A DNA stretch of 63,568 nt, the filler included, from Sphacelaria rigidula (lineage: Eukaryota): assembly GCA_964200075.2 (NCBI GenBank). It is 7 parts of 7 records of this genome, joined end to end, with 100 filler letters (N's around TTAATTAATTAA, not from the genome) between each part and the next. Parts side by side here need not be neighbours in the genome. Positions count along the whole stretch, not along the records: positions 1 to 8,996 come from CAXNAA020009565.1; positions 9,097 to 18,092 come from CAXNAA020009566.1; 5 more parts are not named here. One strand, given 5' to 3'. A program made the translations under genes and the position numbers. Shown here one piece after another: positions 1 to 11,755 of the stretch. The notes under the pieces were generated by a model. It saw only the letters and a program-made list of their open reading frames with translations. It made no database searches and was not told where the DNA came from. Within the stretch, counting starts at the first letter, position 1, and every line of letters starts with the position of its first letter.

Positions 1-3000
1 CCCTCAGGCCTCGTTCCTGGCTTACGCTATTCCGTGGGAAACTTCATGGTTGACTTGGAGAGCTGTTTGGCTGTTCTATGAACAGGCCCCCACCCCCTGT
101 GGAGAACAACCCCCCCCCTGGCAATCCCGGATGTCCCTGGACTGTCAGCCGGCGAAACTAGTCCGAGGCGACGCTCGCCGTCTAAGGGTGAATGCCCGAA
201 TTTTGTGTAAATTGTAATACAGATGGTTGCTTATCATGGCGAACTGTTGCTGTTCACCGCGGACGTCTTACGCATCTTTTCAAAAGTGAGAACCTCATGA
301 GATTTAAGATTTGGATCAAGACGGATAGCGTTGGGTAACAGAAAGTTTGAGAGCGAGTCCGTTTTGAGGTCTTGATGCATGGCACCCTTTTTATATTGAA
401 AGGCTTGCTGCCACTTAAAGCTCCAGGGCAGGTCTGCACGAAAATAAGTAAGAAAATGTCAGATAAAAATCACAAGTAAATATGGTGCTGTGATTAAAAA
501 GCTGCCCTGAACCATAACTTTCGATTTTCCGGGCCCTACTGTAAGAAAATCCCAACAATTGCCTAGAATCGAAAAATGGAGGCCGCTTCTTGGTCGAAAA
601 TAGAATATGGAAAAATTTCGGGCATTGACATTTTCCCAGAAACTTTCCTCGACGGAATCAGTTTCCGACATCGCTATTACACTCCAAAAGTTTTGGCGTT
701 TCACACCAAGACGTGGGTGCTCGCCCGCGTGATAAGTGCTATCATTCATTTGGGGGGCGAAGCAGCGACCGCTGTACGGTTCATTGTCTACAGCTGTGTA
801 CTCTCTGTACTGCCCTAGTCGTACTTGTATGTAGTGTACAGTGTTGTTTCTTTGCGGCTGTACCGCTGTACCCTACAGTATGGTGCTGCCGTTTTTGTAT
901 GCATGCGTGTACTGTGCATCTGCTGCAGCTGTGTGTACTGCCTGTGGCTGCAGCGTATACTACGTGTGCTGTCCGTATTATGCTGTGTGCAGCTGTACTC
1001 CATGCATGTACGGTTTGTACAGCCAGTGACACTGTGCTTGATGGGGTTGTTTCTGATAACCTATTTTTCGACGAACATTCATATCTTCGAAATCAGTATA
1101 CTTCTCTAGACGAGATGGGCGGAAATAACACCTCTCTGGGAAAAATCTCTATTTCGGAGAGCTCTTCTCCCAGACAAGGGCCCATCAAGAATGGTTTCAG
1201 GAATATTATCTGGAACCCCCCCCGTGCCCCCGAACTTTTTCCAGAGAGTAAGTATTTTTTACAACTAGGAGAAGAGACCAGACCTGAGCACTTTTAATCG
1301 AAATGCGGCACAATAAGGACCGAAGAGGGACTAGAGAGACATAGCGGCCGATCAGCTGGTAAACTTACGTGATGGGCATGCCAGAGTTTTTCGAGATGCA
1401 AACGTGTGCCTGACATTTTATTCAGGGCATGCAACATCGCACGCAGACACCTGCAATACGACGCTCACACATCCACAGATAGCTTGACTATTGTACATGA
1501 AAGACAGGTGCGTTGATCGAGTGCATTTGATTCATTGTTGAGCGAGCCTCAGCGATGTTTGTTAGCAGTTGTGTAGCCTTCCCGCCCCGACGTGTGCAGT
1601 TTTGTCACCATTTGTGGTGTGTGGTTACGCGAAAACAGTCATTGCAGCCTCATTGCTGGACAGATCGAAACCGACACGAGCGTATCATTCGTAGTTGAGT
1701 AAGAGCCATCGAGAGGGCTATTGAGCTGAATGTGCGGGGTGCAGTGTTCAGCGTTTGAATACCTCGGATGGGCTGTGTGGTTTTGCCGCCTTTGCTATTG
1801 TTCGTCGCTATGGATCCAAATGTGACACGTCTCCGGAGTTTTTTTTTATGTCGGTGTCGGACCTAAATGTAAGATCAAGAATCAAAAATCGGTTTTCATT
1901 TCGATTTCGTTTTTTTCCTAGATACGCCCTCACTTCGTACTTTCAAGTGATCACCTGTGACTTTTTTCTACCCACACTAGTGCCTGTTGTCTGTTCACTA
2001 TTTTCGCGGGCAGAGAACATGAATTTTGAGCGTGCTGCGTACAGAAGATGCTGCTATTCTACAGTACAGCTGGAGACATGTAGTGCTTTTTGTCGAATGC
2101 ATAGTCACCCCTCTTCGCTGCTTGATCATCCGCTGGGTATGTGCCTTACGCACGAAAAAAAAACAGACGCTTCGGCGAAAGTTTTTGTACTTTGTTACGA
2201 AGTTATGTATCGGTGGCGATTTTATGGCTTCATGTTGCTGCATTAGCATGGTTCCCGTTCGTCTGTACTTCTGTGCCAACAACATTTGAGACTTCACCGA
2301 TACAAAACCATCTTCCTATGATGATCTACAACTTAAAAAATATGTCGACGACGTATTTTTGTGACATCTTCGCGTCAGTCAGCATCATACAAAACAGCAC
2401 AGGGTGCAAAATGCACTACAACAAACAGTGCGACGCCTCGAGTGGGACTATACAGGAGCTGTGATCAACGCTCGCATGTACAACTAGGAAGCTCCTTGCA
2501 AGAGCACTACTATGACTTCATCAAACCCCCTCCCCCACGAGACGGTCATTTGAACGCTGGTTGGCTTCAATACTCCCGTACCACCCGTACCTCCCCCTGA
2601 CCCTGTATAGGGATTACAACCATCCCTCACCCAATCTTGTAGAGCGCAGTCTGTCGGACCACTGTACAAGCCACGAAACATCAAGATACGCAGTGAGAAT
2701 GCGTTCGACATACACCGCGATGAAGAACAGCACAACATACCGCCACATGATGTTGTGGTGACAGTACAAAACTGCCCCTCGTGCACGCGTCCGTTTGGCG
2801 GTACAAATTGTCGCGTGTATATCGTATGCAAGATCCGCAACTACAACTATTCTCGTGCCTTGCTCGTAACAAGCGCTACATCATGGCTGCACTTTCCGCG
2901 CATATCGATATCAAGTGAGAAAATTCAAAAGGGGCTACCTGACTACAATGTTTTGCAGAGACTACGATCAGCATTGAAGAGCGATAGCGTATCGAAACAT

Positions 3001-3131
3001 TCGCTAATCTACATGAGAAATTATGACACTATCTCCGTGTACAGCCGCACGCCGCGGGCGTTCTACACCCACCAACAGGATTCAAAACACGGCAGTATTT
3101 CATCCTTCTAAGCCGTGCACCGCTTGTACAG

Positions 3132-6100
3132 GTGTACCAAACGGGCGATCTCGCCAACATGGACGGCCTGCCGGAGGAATCCAAGAGACTGCTTCCGTCC
3201 CTCTTTGCCATTCGAGACGGTCTGTACTCTCTGGAGTTCCGACGACTAGTGCAGTCGCTCACCGGCTCGGGGCCGCTAAGTGGCGAACAGATCGATCTGT
3301 CGGTTAACGCATTCGGTCACACGGGCCATCTTCTCTGTCACGACGACGTCATTGGCACCAGAAAGGTACCTGGCAGCTCGCCTCCCTTGTGTCTCCCTGT
3401 GAAGAGTATGTGCATACAAAGTATACGTACCCGAACGGTGTTCTTCGTGTTGGCATCGATTGCTTGTTGCTCTCTGGGTGGCAAGGGTAGCCAGTCGTTG
3501 AAGAGGTATGATTTTGTTGCTGTCCTCATCAGGGCAATCAGGGTTGTGCAATCTGTTTTGGACTCCTATGTTTCCAGGTACTCGTATCGCGTGCTTGCCC
3601 TCCGTTGCGAATCAGCTCTCCGCAGAGTGCGGAGCGAGCACAAGGGTGAAACAGATACACAGGCTACGTCATATGCCCACATTTGCTGTAGTGAATAGAC
3701 ATACCCGTATACCCATCTACTCCCTTGTGTCCTGTCTAGACCCTGTTTGTGCTGCACACCCTCGACCACCAGGTTTCATACATCCTGTATCTCGTGGACG
3801 AAGACTGGGACTCGGGTGAAAAGCCAGACGGAGGAGGACTTCAGCTGTACCCTCTGGAGCAGGAGGGGGTGCCGGGCACCCCTGCTTACGCGCCTAGTAA
3901 GACCATCCGCCCTCGATGGAACCAGATGGTGCTCTTTGCCGTGCAACCTGGGCGGAGCTTTCATGATGTGCAGGAGGTGCGTGCTACAAGTTAGTGCATT
4001 TTTTGTCGTAGACAGACCAAAAACAAATCGAGAAGGAAACCCTGAGACTTGGAGGATAGGAAACGCAGGAAAAGAAGCTTGTTTGGAGGCGTAAACATGA
4101 TGTCTTTTTCGCTCAGGTTCTTGAGAAGGTAATGGCTTGTAGGACGCGGCTCCGGGGCTCGCTGTTTTTACCTCGTGCACATGTGTGATGCGGTGGCCCA
4201 ACCACGAAATCATCGCGCTTTTTGGTGGACATCGTAAACCTCATCAATTTCCGTGGTAGCCCGCTGGTTGCACGTCAGCCTTTTATATAGGCTCTTTCAC
4301 AGGTTATTTGTTTTAGAGTTGCTCAGCAAGTGATACGAGGTAGAGTGTCATGCTTCTATCACGTTACCACTGCGTACGTTGCCTCTCCATCGCCTTGAGC
4401 ACGACCCATTGTTTATACCTCTTGGACTGACTCCTCATCATCGTTCGCGTCATGCACTTTGACCACTCGGTACGCATGCTGTATGTTGAAACGTTAGCGT
4501 GAGACAAATTCAATCGACCCTGTCCTCCCATTCCTCCCTACTCCCAACGGAAAAAAGTAGGTCTACAACGAGAAGAAACCCCGCCTGGCCGTATCGGGGT
4601 GGTTTCATGGAGCTGTGGAGTCGGAGATGGGGGACTGGCCTGGACACACCCTTTCCACAGCCATCAAAAACGAAGCAAGCGGGGTCGACTCAGAAGAGAC
4701 GGAGTCACCGGCGACCGCGGGAGCCACTTCTACTCTGGAACAGCTCAAGGGTAAAGGAGCAGCATCTGAGGGTGGGGATGATGGCTCGCCTGGGGCGTTT
4801 TGTGACGACTTTGTAGGGGCTGAGGTGAGCTGATCATGCGGTCCCTGTTTTTTTTTTTTTCTGTCAGAGAATATCCTGCGCTCTTGACGGACGGTATGGT
4901 TGAATTGTACATCGTGGTGTTTTCAACCTTTGTTGGTTTCAAACAGCATGCGCGTGCTTGAAAGTAAATGCGTATGCCACCTATTATATATACCCATTTG
5001 TCACTGCGTATAGCTACCACTACGGCGAGCTGTATATAAATCAATGTGTAAATGTACGAAGACTAGGCCGATCCTGTAGTGGCGTGGCTTTCCTGTGCTT
5101 ATTTGCCTCCTCCCCGTGAAAATCTCTGTCGTGGCTGACAGGATTTGGAAGAACTGTCGGAGTGGGTGAACCCCGAGTATCTGGTACCTTCTATGGTGAA
5201 CCAGTGCGCGGAAGCTTTCAGCGACAACGGGTCCACGATTCAGCTACACCGTTTTATCAAGGTAAAAGGATAAGGACCCGGAACATGCGATATCGCTGAT
5301 GATCGAATGTCGAGTGAAGCCGGCGCCTCGTTTGCTAGCACAGCGTAAATGTATTGCTGTGGTATGTTCAGTTTGGGGGGGGGGAGGGGAGATCATTTGT
5401 CTGCTTCGGTTCACAAGCTGGAGATGGGTCATTTCTTTGGTTGATCGACACCATTTTTACGGCCAGGCCAAGATCCGTAAGCAAAACACCGAGAAAAAAA
5501 TGATGGAATATACGGCGTGTTGACATCAGAGAAAATGAAGGAGCAGGGTGCGCTGTTGATTGCAGACACATGAATGTTGCGTTGCTGTCCTGGAGTTGAG
5601 TGATATGTACACCATCCGCCGTCGCTCCCTATATTCTATGTTCTGCACACCCTGGACAATGGAATACACAGTCAAAAAGTGTACTGCGTACATTATCGGC
5701 TATTGCGCCTATTGCAGTAGACAATAGAGTCCATACTGTACGCAGTACATTTTTCTACAATAGAATCTATCGTCCAGGGTATGGTGTTCTGTGTTCTGTG
5801 TACGGAATATTTCGAAACGTTCCGCCTCAGCTGTTGGGTTGTTTCTGATCTAGATGCGAGTAGCATCATTCACACGCTCCTCGCCCTGTGTTGAAACTTG
5901 CCATATTCACCGTTTCCGCCGTGAGCATCAGGATGACCTGGCGAAGAAGATAGTGGACGCGGTTATTGCAGCTGACAAAAAAGATGGGCTCGGCTATATG
6001 GAGACATCGCCCTTCGAAATAGGGATACGGGGGGGATGGCGAAAAGCTGGACCGCCGCATCGCCAACGAATGCTTCGTCTGTCGATGGCAAATACAGGTG

Positions 6101-8188
6101 AGCACATTCGCATATTTCGTGTTCCCTGGAGCAATGCGTCGGTTGGAGCTATGATTATTGACACCTGTTTGCTGTCGATTGTCGATTTCGTTTGATTTCA
6201 CGAGTGTTCCTGTCATGAAAGGCCACCAACATTTTTGGGTCACTGGATCGCTGCGAAATCTTGTAGATGGAATGATTGAAACGTCAACATGTTCTCGACA
6301 GTCCTTCAACTGCTATTAATTCTTCCAGAGTCAGTTGGTTTTTATCCCGGTACTCCCCTTTATACCTGGGATGCACCTCTGTGCCAAATAACATCACCAT
6401 ATACTATTACCATGAAGAGCATCGATGGGAGTGGCGAAGGTGGAAAGGCCCTCCGACTGTGGTTACAATCGGACTGAATCATGACGTGTGCTTTTTGTTG
6501 GAGTAAGTGGCAGCCAGGAAGGTGGTGGAGATAGCATGTTGAGGGCCAGGTGTTCGGGTGACGCTTTGTGTTTACTTCTCTGAGAACACGATTTTTTCGC
6601 TCTTGCTTGACCACTGACCATTGCACTCCGAAAGTCATCCCATATTTGGCCAACGATCTTTCACCGGTACGGTGCAGCGCTGGTACTGGTGCGCAACATA
6701 CCTCGTGCGTCTTCAACTTTTTTCGTCATCTCGCGTCACTCGTGCCGTTATTTTTTCAGGAGAAGCGACAGAGGCGGACGACGATGAAGTCGGTTCACTG
6801 CTGAGACAGCTTAGAGACAAGGTGCAACGCGACTTGGTGGGGTAAATGAGGTGTAAATGATGTACTGTATTGCGTGACGGATGCCCTTCGTCCTTGATGA
6901 GATAGATCACGATGCGGTCAGTGTACACTCATGATGGCATTCGTTATCGTTTCTCGCTCTGCGCAAAGGGGGGCGGGGCGCTTCCCCCAGGCTGTGTCTG
7001 GTCACTACGCGTGAACACCATCGATCGTATTGGTCTAAAGCGTTCAGTCTGCCGCATCAAGATTCACGATTCATCGCTCACACCGCCTTTTTGCTTCCTT
7101 ACCCACCCTCCCTTCTTGTTATAACAACACAATTTGGCGTTGCGCTCGTCTCTTGTCGATGCCATCGTCGACCAATTGCATCTCAGCTCCTCCGGAGCAG
7201 GGCTTTTAAGGCATTCTTGGAGAAACTGGTGATGGCACCAATCGTTGCGTCTCGCCGACAAGCGCGCCGCTTTCGTCCTGGTCTCGACTATACCCTGGCA
7301 ACCCCCGGGGCACCGTGGGAACTGAAGGGTGATGTCCCTTGTTCCAAAAAGCTTGAGGCATCGGCCGAGACTGAAGCGTCTAGCTTGTCTGCTTTGGGTA
7401 GCGATGACAAAGTGAGTGGAGCGGGGTCCGACGACAACAAAGCGGGAGAAAATGTGGAGAATGGACAAGCACAGGAGGAAGGGGGCGCGCAGGAGTTCAT
7501 GGTTCTGGATGCTGTGTTGTGTTTCGTGGATGACCGAGAGCCTTACAAGGAGGCCGCGTGGCGGCAGGATGAGGTCGGGGGCTATGTTACGTACCTGGCC
7601 GGCGACGACGATGATGGTGTTGGTGGTGACGGGGACGATGACGATGGCGAGGTTGGGGGCAAGGAAGGAGCAGGGATACGTAACGGTGGTGCGGAAAGGG
7701 GTAAAAACCATTCTAGCAGCAATGGAGTCACCGGCGAAGCATTGAAACACTCGGTCGATTGGCGAGGCAATGGAAAGAAGGAGGAAACGAACAACGTCGG
7801 CGTAAAGGGGATGGGGTCCAAGCGGCAACCGGGGCAAGAAAACGACGCCGCTGTGTACCAAGCAGACGAAGATGGGCTTTTGGTGTCCGTGTCTGCGACG
7901 GCGAACGCTCTGAGTTTGGTCCTGAGGGACGACACCGAAATTGTGAGCTTCGTCAAGTACGTGAGCTCCGCTGCACCCGGCAGTCGGTTTGATGTTTGCG
8001 GCGAGTACCTTGTCCTCGGCGGCGGTGACAGTGACGACGATGATGATTCTGATGACGCCCGGGAGGAGGCGCGAAAGATTTTGCGGCGGCAGAGTGACCC
8101 GTTAGATGCTGTTATAGAAGAGGAGGAAGAGGAAGAGGAAGAGGAAGAGGACGCGGAGCACACCCGGAAAAAAAGCAGAGCTTCGTAG
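3132..8188 (+). CDS. OGFOD1: Prolyl 3-hydroxylase/3,4-dihydroxylase Tpa1/OGFOD1 (2OG-Fe(II) oxygenase acting on ribosomal protein uS12/RPS23), 5'-partial, 7 exons
   Basis: Exons with AG/GT boundaries and compatible phases: 3132-3365, 3773-3976, 4561-4824, 5142-5261, 5932-6097, 6760-6821, 7187-8188(TAG); about 683 aa. Motifs: VYQTGDLANMDGL..., HLLCHDDVIGTRK (HxD), VSYILYLVDEDW..GGGLQLY, SFHDVQEV (distal His), PRLAVSGWFHG (2OG-binding Arg), and C-terminal Ofd1-type domain GPPHRQR, ARRFRPGLDYTLA, NALSLVLRD...FVKYVS..APGSRFDV. The N-terminal exon(s) were not found in 1-3131. Confidence 0.93.
5646..5783. mobile_element. Short palindromic MITE (CACACCCTGGACAAT family) in an OGFOD1 intron
   Basis: CACACCCTGGACAATGG at the left end pairs imperfectly with CTATCGTCCAGGGTATG at the right end. 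Inner arms AAAAAGTGTACTGCGTACA / TGTACGCAGTACATTTTT. Related sequences at about 12038-12275 and about 63072. Confidence 0.6.
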
Positions 8189-8944
8189 TACAAAAAATAT
8201 ATTTGGTCTGTAAAAAAATAAATTGTATGTTCATATGCTGTATTCCCTGGGTGCCGGGAGGGATTCCTGCCAGCGTGTGCGCGGTGCAAGAATGATGATG
8301 CCGGGCAGGGCTCAGCAGCCGACCTCGCTGCTTTGGATACCGTTCGAGTGCCGCCTGGAGCTGTGTCTACAGGGTGTTGTGTGCGCGTTCGTAGTTTCTG
8401 CTGTTGAGGAACCGTGTGTGTGTGTAAAAAGTACATGCTGACGTGTAGCAATTTCTAATGGCTATATGCATTGATTGCAGGCGTTCTCTGCTCCGCTGTG
8501 ACTCTTCGAACCTAGGAGCCGCCGTCGTCAAAGGTTATAAATATTTCGCTGTTGCACACTCTGAACCTAAAAGCGTTCATACCGGCTCTCACTAGTGCGA
8601 GGGAAGTGACCAGGCAGCCATTAATCACCCCGCTCACATCATTAATGTATATGCACTGCACAGCAGCAATTGCAATAGCGGCGGCGGTTATCGCTAGAGA
8701 ACGTTAACTCCGTCTTTTTTCTCCTCCTTCCATAACAGTACAGGAAACTCGTTGGAGAGAAATAACGAGGGCGTTTCCGTAAATTAACTGGACTGTGCGG
8801 CATTCAAGACTCGTGAATTTCTTTGACAACATGATACACTTGCACAGTAGTACAATATGCACAAGCTACGCCACTGAAAACTCAGGATCCAAGTCATCAA
8901 CAGTGTATACTATTAATGGATGAGAAAAAATGCATGTGGAATCG

Positions 8945-8996
8945 TCACACCATGCCCAACAGTGGAGAGCGACTATGTCGTAGGTACACAAAATTC
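8945..8996 (+). mobile_element. Internal fragment of tRNA-derived SINE family A, truncated by the contig end
   Basis: TCACACCATGCCCAACAGTGGAGAGCGACTATGTCGTAGGTACACAAAATTC is nearly identical to the reverse complement of about 36608-36659 and about 27107-27159. Confidence 0.75.
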
Positions 8997-9096
8997 NNNN
9001 NNNNNNNNNNNNNNNNNNNNNNNNNNNNNNNNNNNNNNNNTTAATTAATTAANNNNNNNNNNNNNNNNNNNNNNNNNNNNNNNNNNNNNNNNNNNN
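8997..9096. other. Artificial contig linker (N44-TTAATTAATTAA-N44); also at 18093-18192, 27189-27288, 36285-36384, 45380-45479, 54475-54574
   Basis: An identical 100-bp spacer occurs six times. TTAATTAATTAA is self-complementary and places stop codons in all six frames. Confidence 0.98.
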
Positions 9097-9180
9097 TCTT
9101 CAAAGGAAGTGCGTCCGACGGGAATCGAACCAGCGACTAACTTTTTGACGGTGTATGAGATAACCAACTAGACTACTGAC
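9097..9180 (-). mobile_element. tRNA-derived SINE head (family B) with Pol III A and B boxes
   Basis: The minus strand reads GTCAGTAGTCTAGTTGGTTATCTCATACACCGTCAAAAAGTTAGTCGCTGGTTCGATTCCCGTCGG, with A box TAGTCTAGTTGG and B box GGTTCGATTCC. No proper cloverleaf acceptor or anticodon stem is present. Confidence 0.6.
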
Positions 9181-11755
9181 AAGTCAGCGCTGACTTTCAG
9201 TAGTCTAGTTGGTAGTCTCATACACCGTCACAGCCTCTTGTTTAGCATCTGAAAGAGGCTCCATACTGTTGCGCCGGTAACGACCACCGTGAGCGAAACG
9301 ATCCAACACGGCGGTCTTCGCCGAGCCGTTCTTTGTATTTACAATCCGCAGACGAAGTAGGTAGCAAACAAACGACTGATGTAGTACAGTCACTTCTCTT
9401 GGTTTTCGCAGCTTCACACAATTTTACATATATATGCAGATGAGCTTCATCACTCACTTGAAGCAGTGTTGACCACTTCGTAGGAGGTGTGCGGGAGAGA
9501 CACGGCTCCATCTATTGAACACGGTAGCAGCTCCCATCACCGCAGGTTGGCGAGCCTGCTGCCCGCGAAACCCTCGTAATAACGTAGTACAGTATCCTCA
9601 GGGTCGGTTATATGACTTTTCGAAATACACCACTCCTCTAGGTCCCAAAGGAGGTCTGAACTGTCCAGGAAAAGTGCTGGCACACTCTTCTTCACATGAT
9701 TTGTAACAACTGTTGGGGTATTTGGGGAACATCGCTCAAAATGAAACATGTAGAACATTTTTCAGGGGTACTGTAGTACATATTTCATATTTCCCTGTTC
9801 AGATTCGAAATTTTCCTGCTTGAACGGTCTATACCCGCTACAATGAACGACTGTATTCCAACAAAACCATCCGTCCCTTCAGAACTTTCCCTACGGCAAG
9901 GTGGGTATAATATCGAGAAAAAACCCGCAACATCTGGGCGAACTGCAGGTGAGGCAATCGCTGAAATATTCACCTGCGAGCTCTGCTCCAGTGCACTGTG
10001 AGTTGATATCGCTAGAAGTACACTACTATCACCACATTGCCGGCTGCCAGAGTGTCACAGACTGTCAGGACGTAGGATCCGCTAGCATTGCTTCTATCTG
10101 TACGCGGGTGTTGCCTCCTTGTCAGTTACGTTTTGGAACATGATACTCGATGTAGATCACCCTTGTACATGGACACCAAACGCCGGGGGTTCTTACTCAA
10201 GGCGTCGAGTTAGAGGATGATACTAGGTGGGCCACGGCAACTGCTGTTCGTCCAGATCCTCCTTGGAGCAGGATGCGTTTGATGTCCGTTTGACGAAGTT
10301 ATCCCCGAAAAAACGAAATCGATGGAGGTTTTAGAGTGGAAAAGTCTAGCAAAATAGCTGTCGCAAGAATCAGGTCGCAATAATCCTGACGCAGAAAAAA
10401 TATCGCAATAATCCTGACGCAAAAACGGAGTCGCAAAAAACCAGTTAGTTGAATGTTTACCCGCAGCAGAAACAAACTTTACTTTTTGAAATTGGGATAT
10501 GCACTTACTTTCCTGAGTGCTCGAGTTGTTGCGTTCGGTAGTGGTCCTTTCTCTGCTCATTCTCGGACAACACTTACCGCATGGGTCTGAATATTGAGCT
10601 AGATCGCGTATTCTGCACTTTTTTGGTGGAAGATCCGCCTCTTTTCTCGAAAATATCCATTGATGTTTCATCGTCCTTTGAATGAATCCCAGTGCTTCTA
10701 ATTTGCGGTATTTTCGGCTATGCCGTCTCCTGGAAAGTGGCATACGTACATGGGGGGCACGTTCACTGATCGATCCAACAGTAGTGTTGCGGATGAGCGA
10801 GCCAGGAGCTTCAACGCTGACGCCAATCACCGCTCAATACGAGGGGCGCACAGGTTCAATGTCTTGGAGATAATCTCAGGCAGCAGTCTTACCACGACCA
10901 ACTGCTAACAAGTGGAGAAAAAAAGCCTAACACGACCAAACACTATTCCCCCGGACACATCCCCAAGCCCCCTCCATGAACACCAATTCCTGGGGGGATC
11001 ATCTCCCACAATCATATCACGCATGCGTCTTCAGCAGGTACACCAGAAAACACAAGCAAAGCTCCCCATCGTTTTTTTTTCATTCGGGGAAAACACTTCA
11101 GCACACCCGCAAAATTTTGAATTTGAATGGCAGCTGTATACCGCCTTCAGTCACCGTGAGACTCACCAGGATTACAGCAAATCTAGAGTGCGACTGAACG
11201 AAATAGCCTCAGTTCAACGACAAAAACAAACAAACCTCCCAGTTTTGTGAGAACACTGCGTTGTCCAAAACGCTCACGCCCCCGATTCTCTCGTCGTCGA
11301 AAGAGTGAGTGACGGCTCACATTTCACTCCCCCCCCATCCCCCAGCCCTTCCTCCTACATCCTCCTCGGGGGTGCAACGACAACAAATCGCGTGAGACCA
11401 TGCAAGCAGGGACAACCTGAAGAGCAGCATGTGCTGTGCCCCCTCATCCACTAGCCGCAGTACCACAGCCCAGCCGTCCCCATGACGGCAGCAAAATCTT
11501 TACTGTACAGCCAAAACGGATACAAGCCAACCGTTCAAGACGGTAGCAGGTCACCCACATATCCACCCCAGCCGATCGTGTCCGAAGCCCGTACTCAACG
11601 CACCACCTCCCCCCCCCCCCCCCCTGCTCCACGGCCATACTGGAGTAAGTTCATCCGTGCTCCTCCACCCAGACCATTAATGTATCATCACACTGCGCCT
11701 GACGCGTCCTGCTTGCAGCCGACCTCCACTACAGTCCCCTGTTTCCTCGTATTGG

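Noticed and set aside
713..1297. 194-aa Cys-rich ORF as a candidate OGFOD1 5' exon
   Set aside because: It arises from low-complexity CTGTA/TGTG repeat sequence and has no Tpa1 N-terminal motifs.
7582..8451. 289-aa minus-strand ORF (and 7064-7861)
   Set aside because: Antisense shadow of the GC-rich last OGFOD1 exon. The poly-Ser run mirrors the poly-Glu/Asp codons.
9041..9052. TTAATTAATTAA as a biological motif (piggyBac or PacI sites)
   Set aside because: It is always centred in exactly 44+44 Ns, so it is a synthetic linker.
9100..9180. Functional tRNA gene
   Set aside because: A and B boxes are present but acceptor and anticodon stems cannot be formed. It is better explained as a SINE head.
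10210..10830. 206-aa minus-strand ORF
   Set aside because: No recognisable motif, it crosses a short 28-bp tandem repeat, and no consistent exon structure was found.
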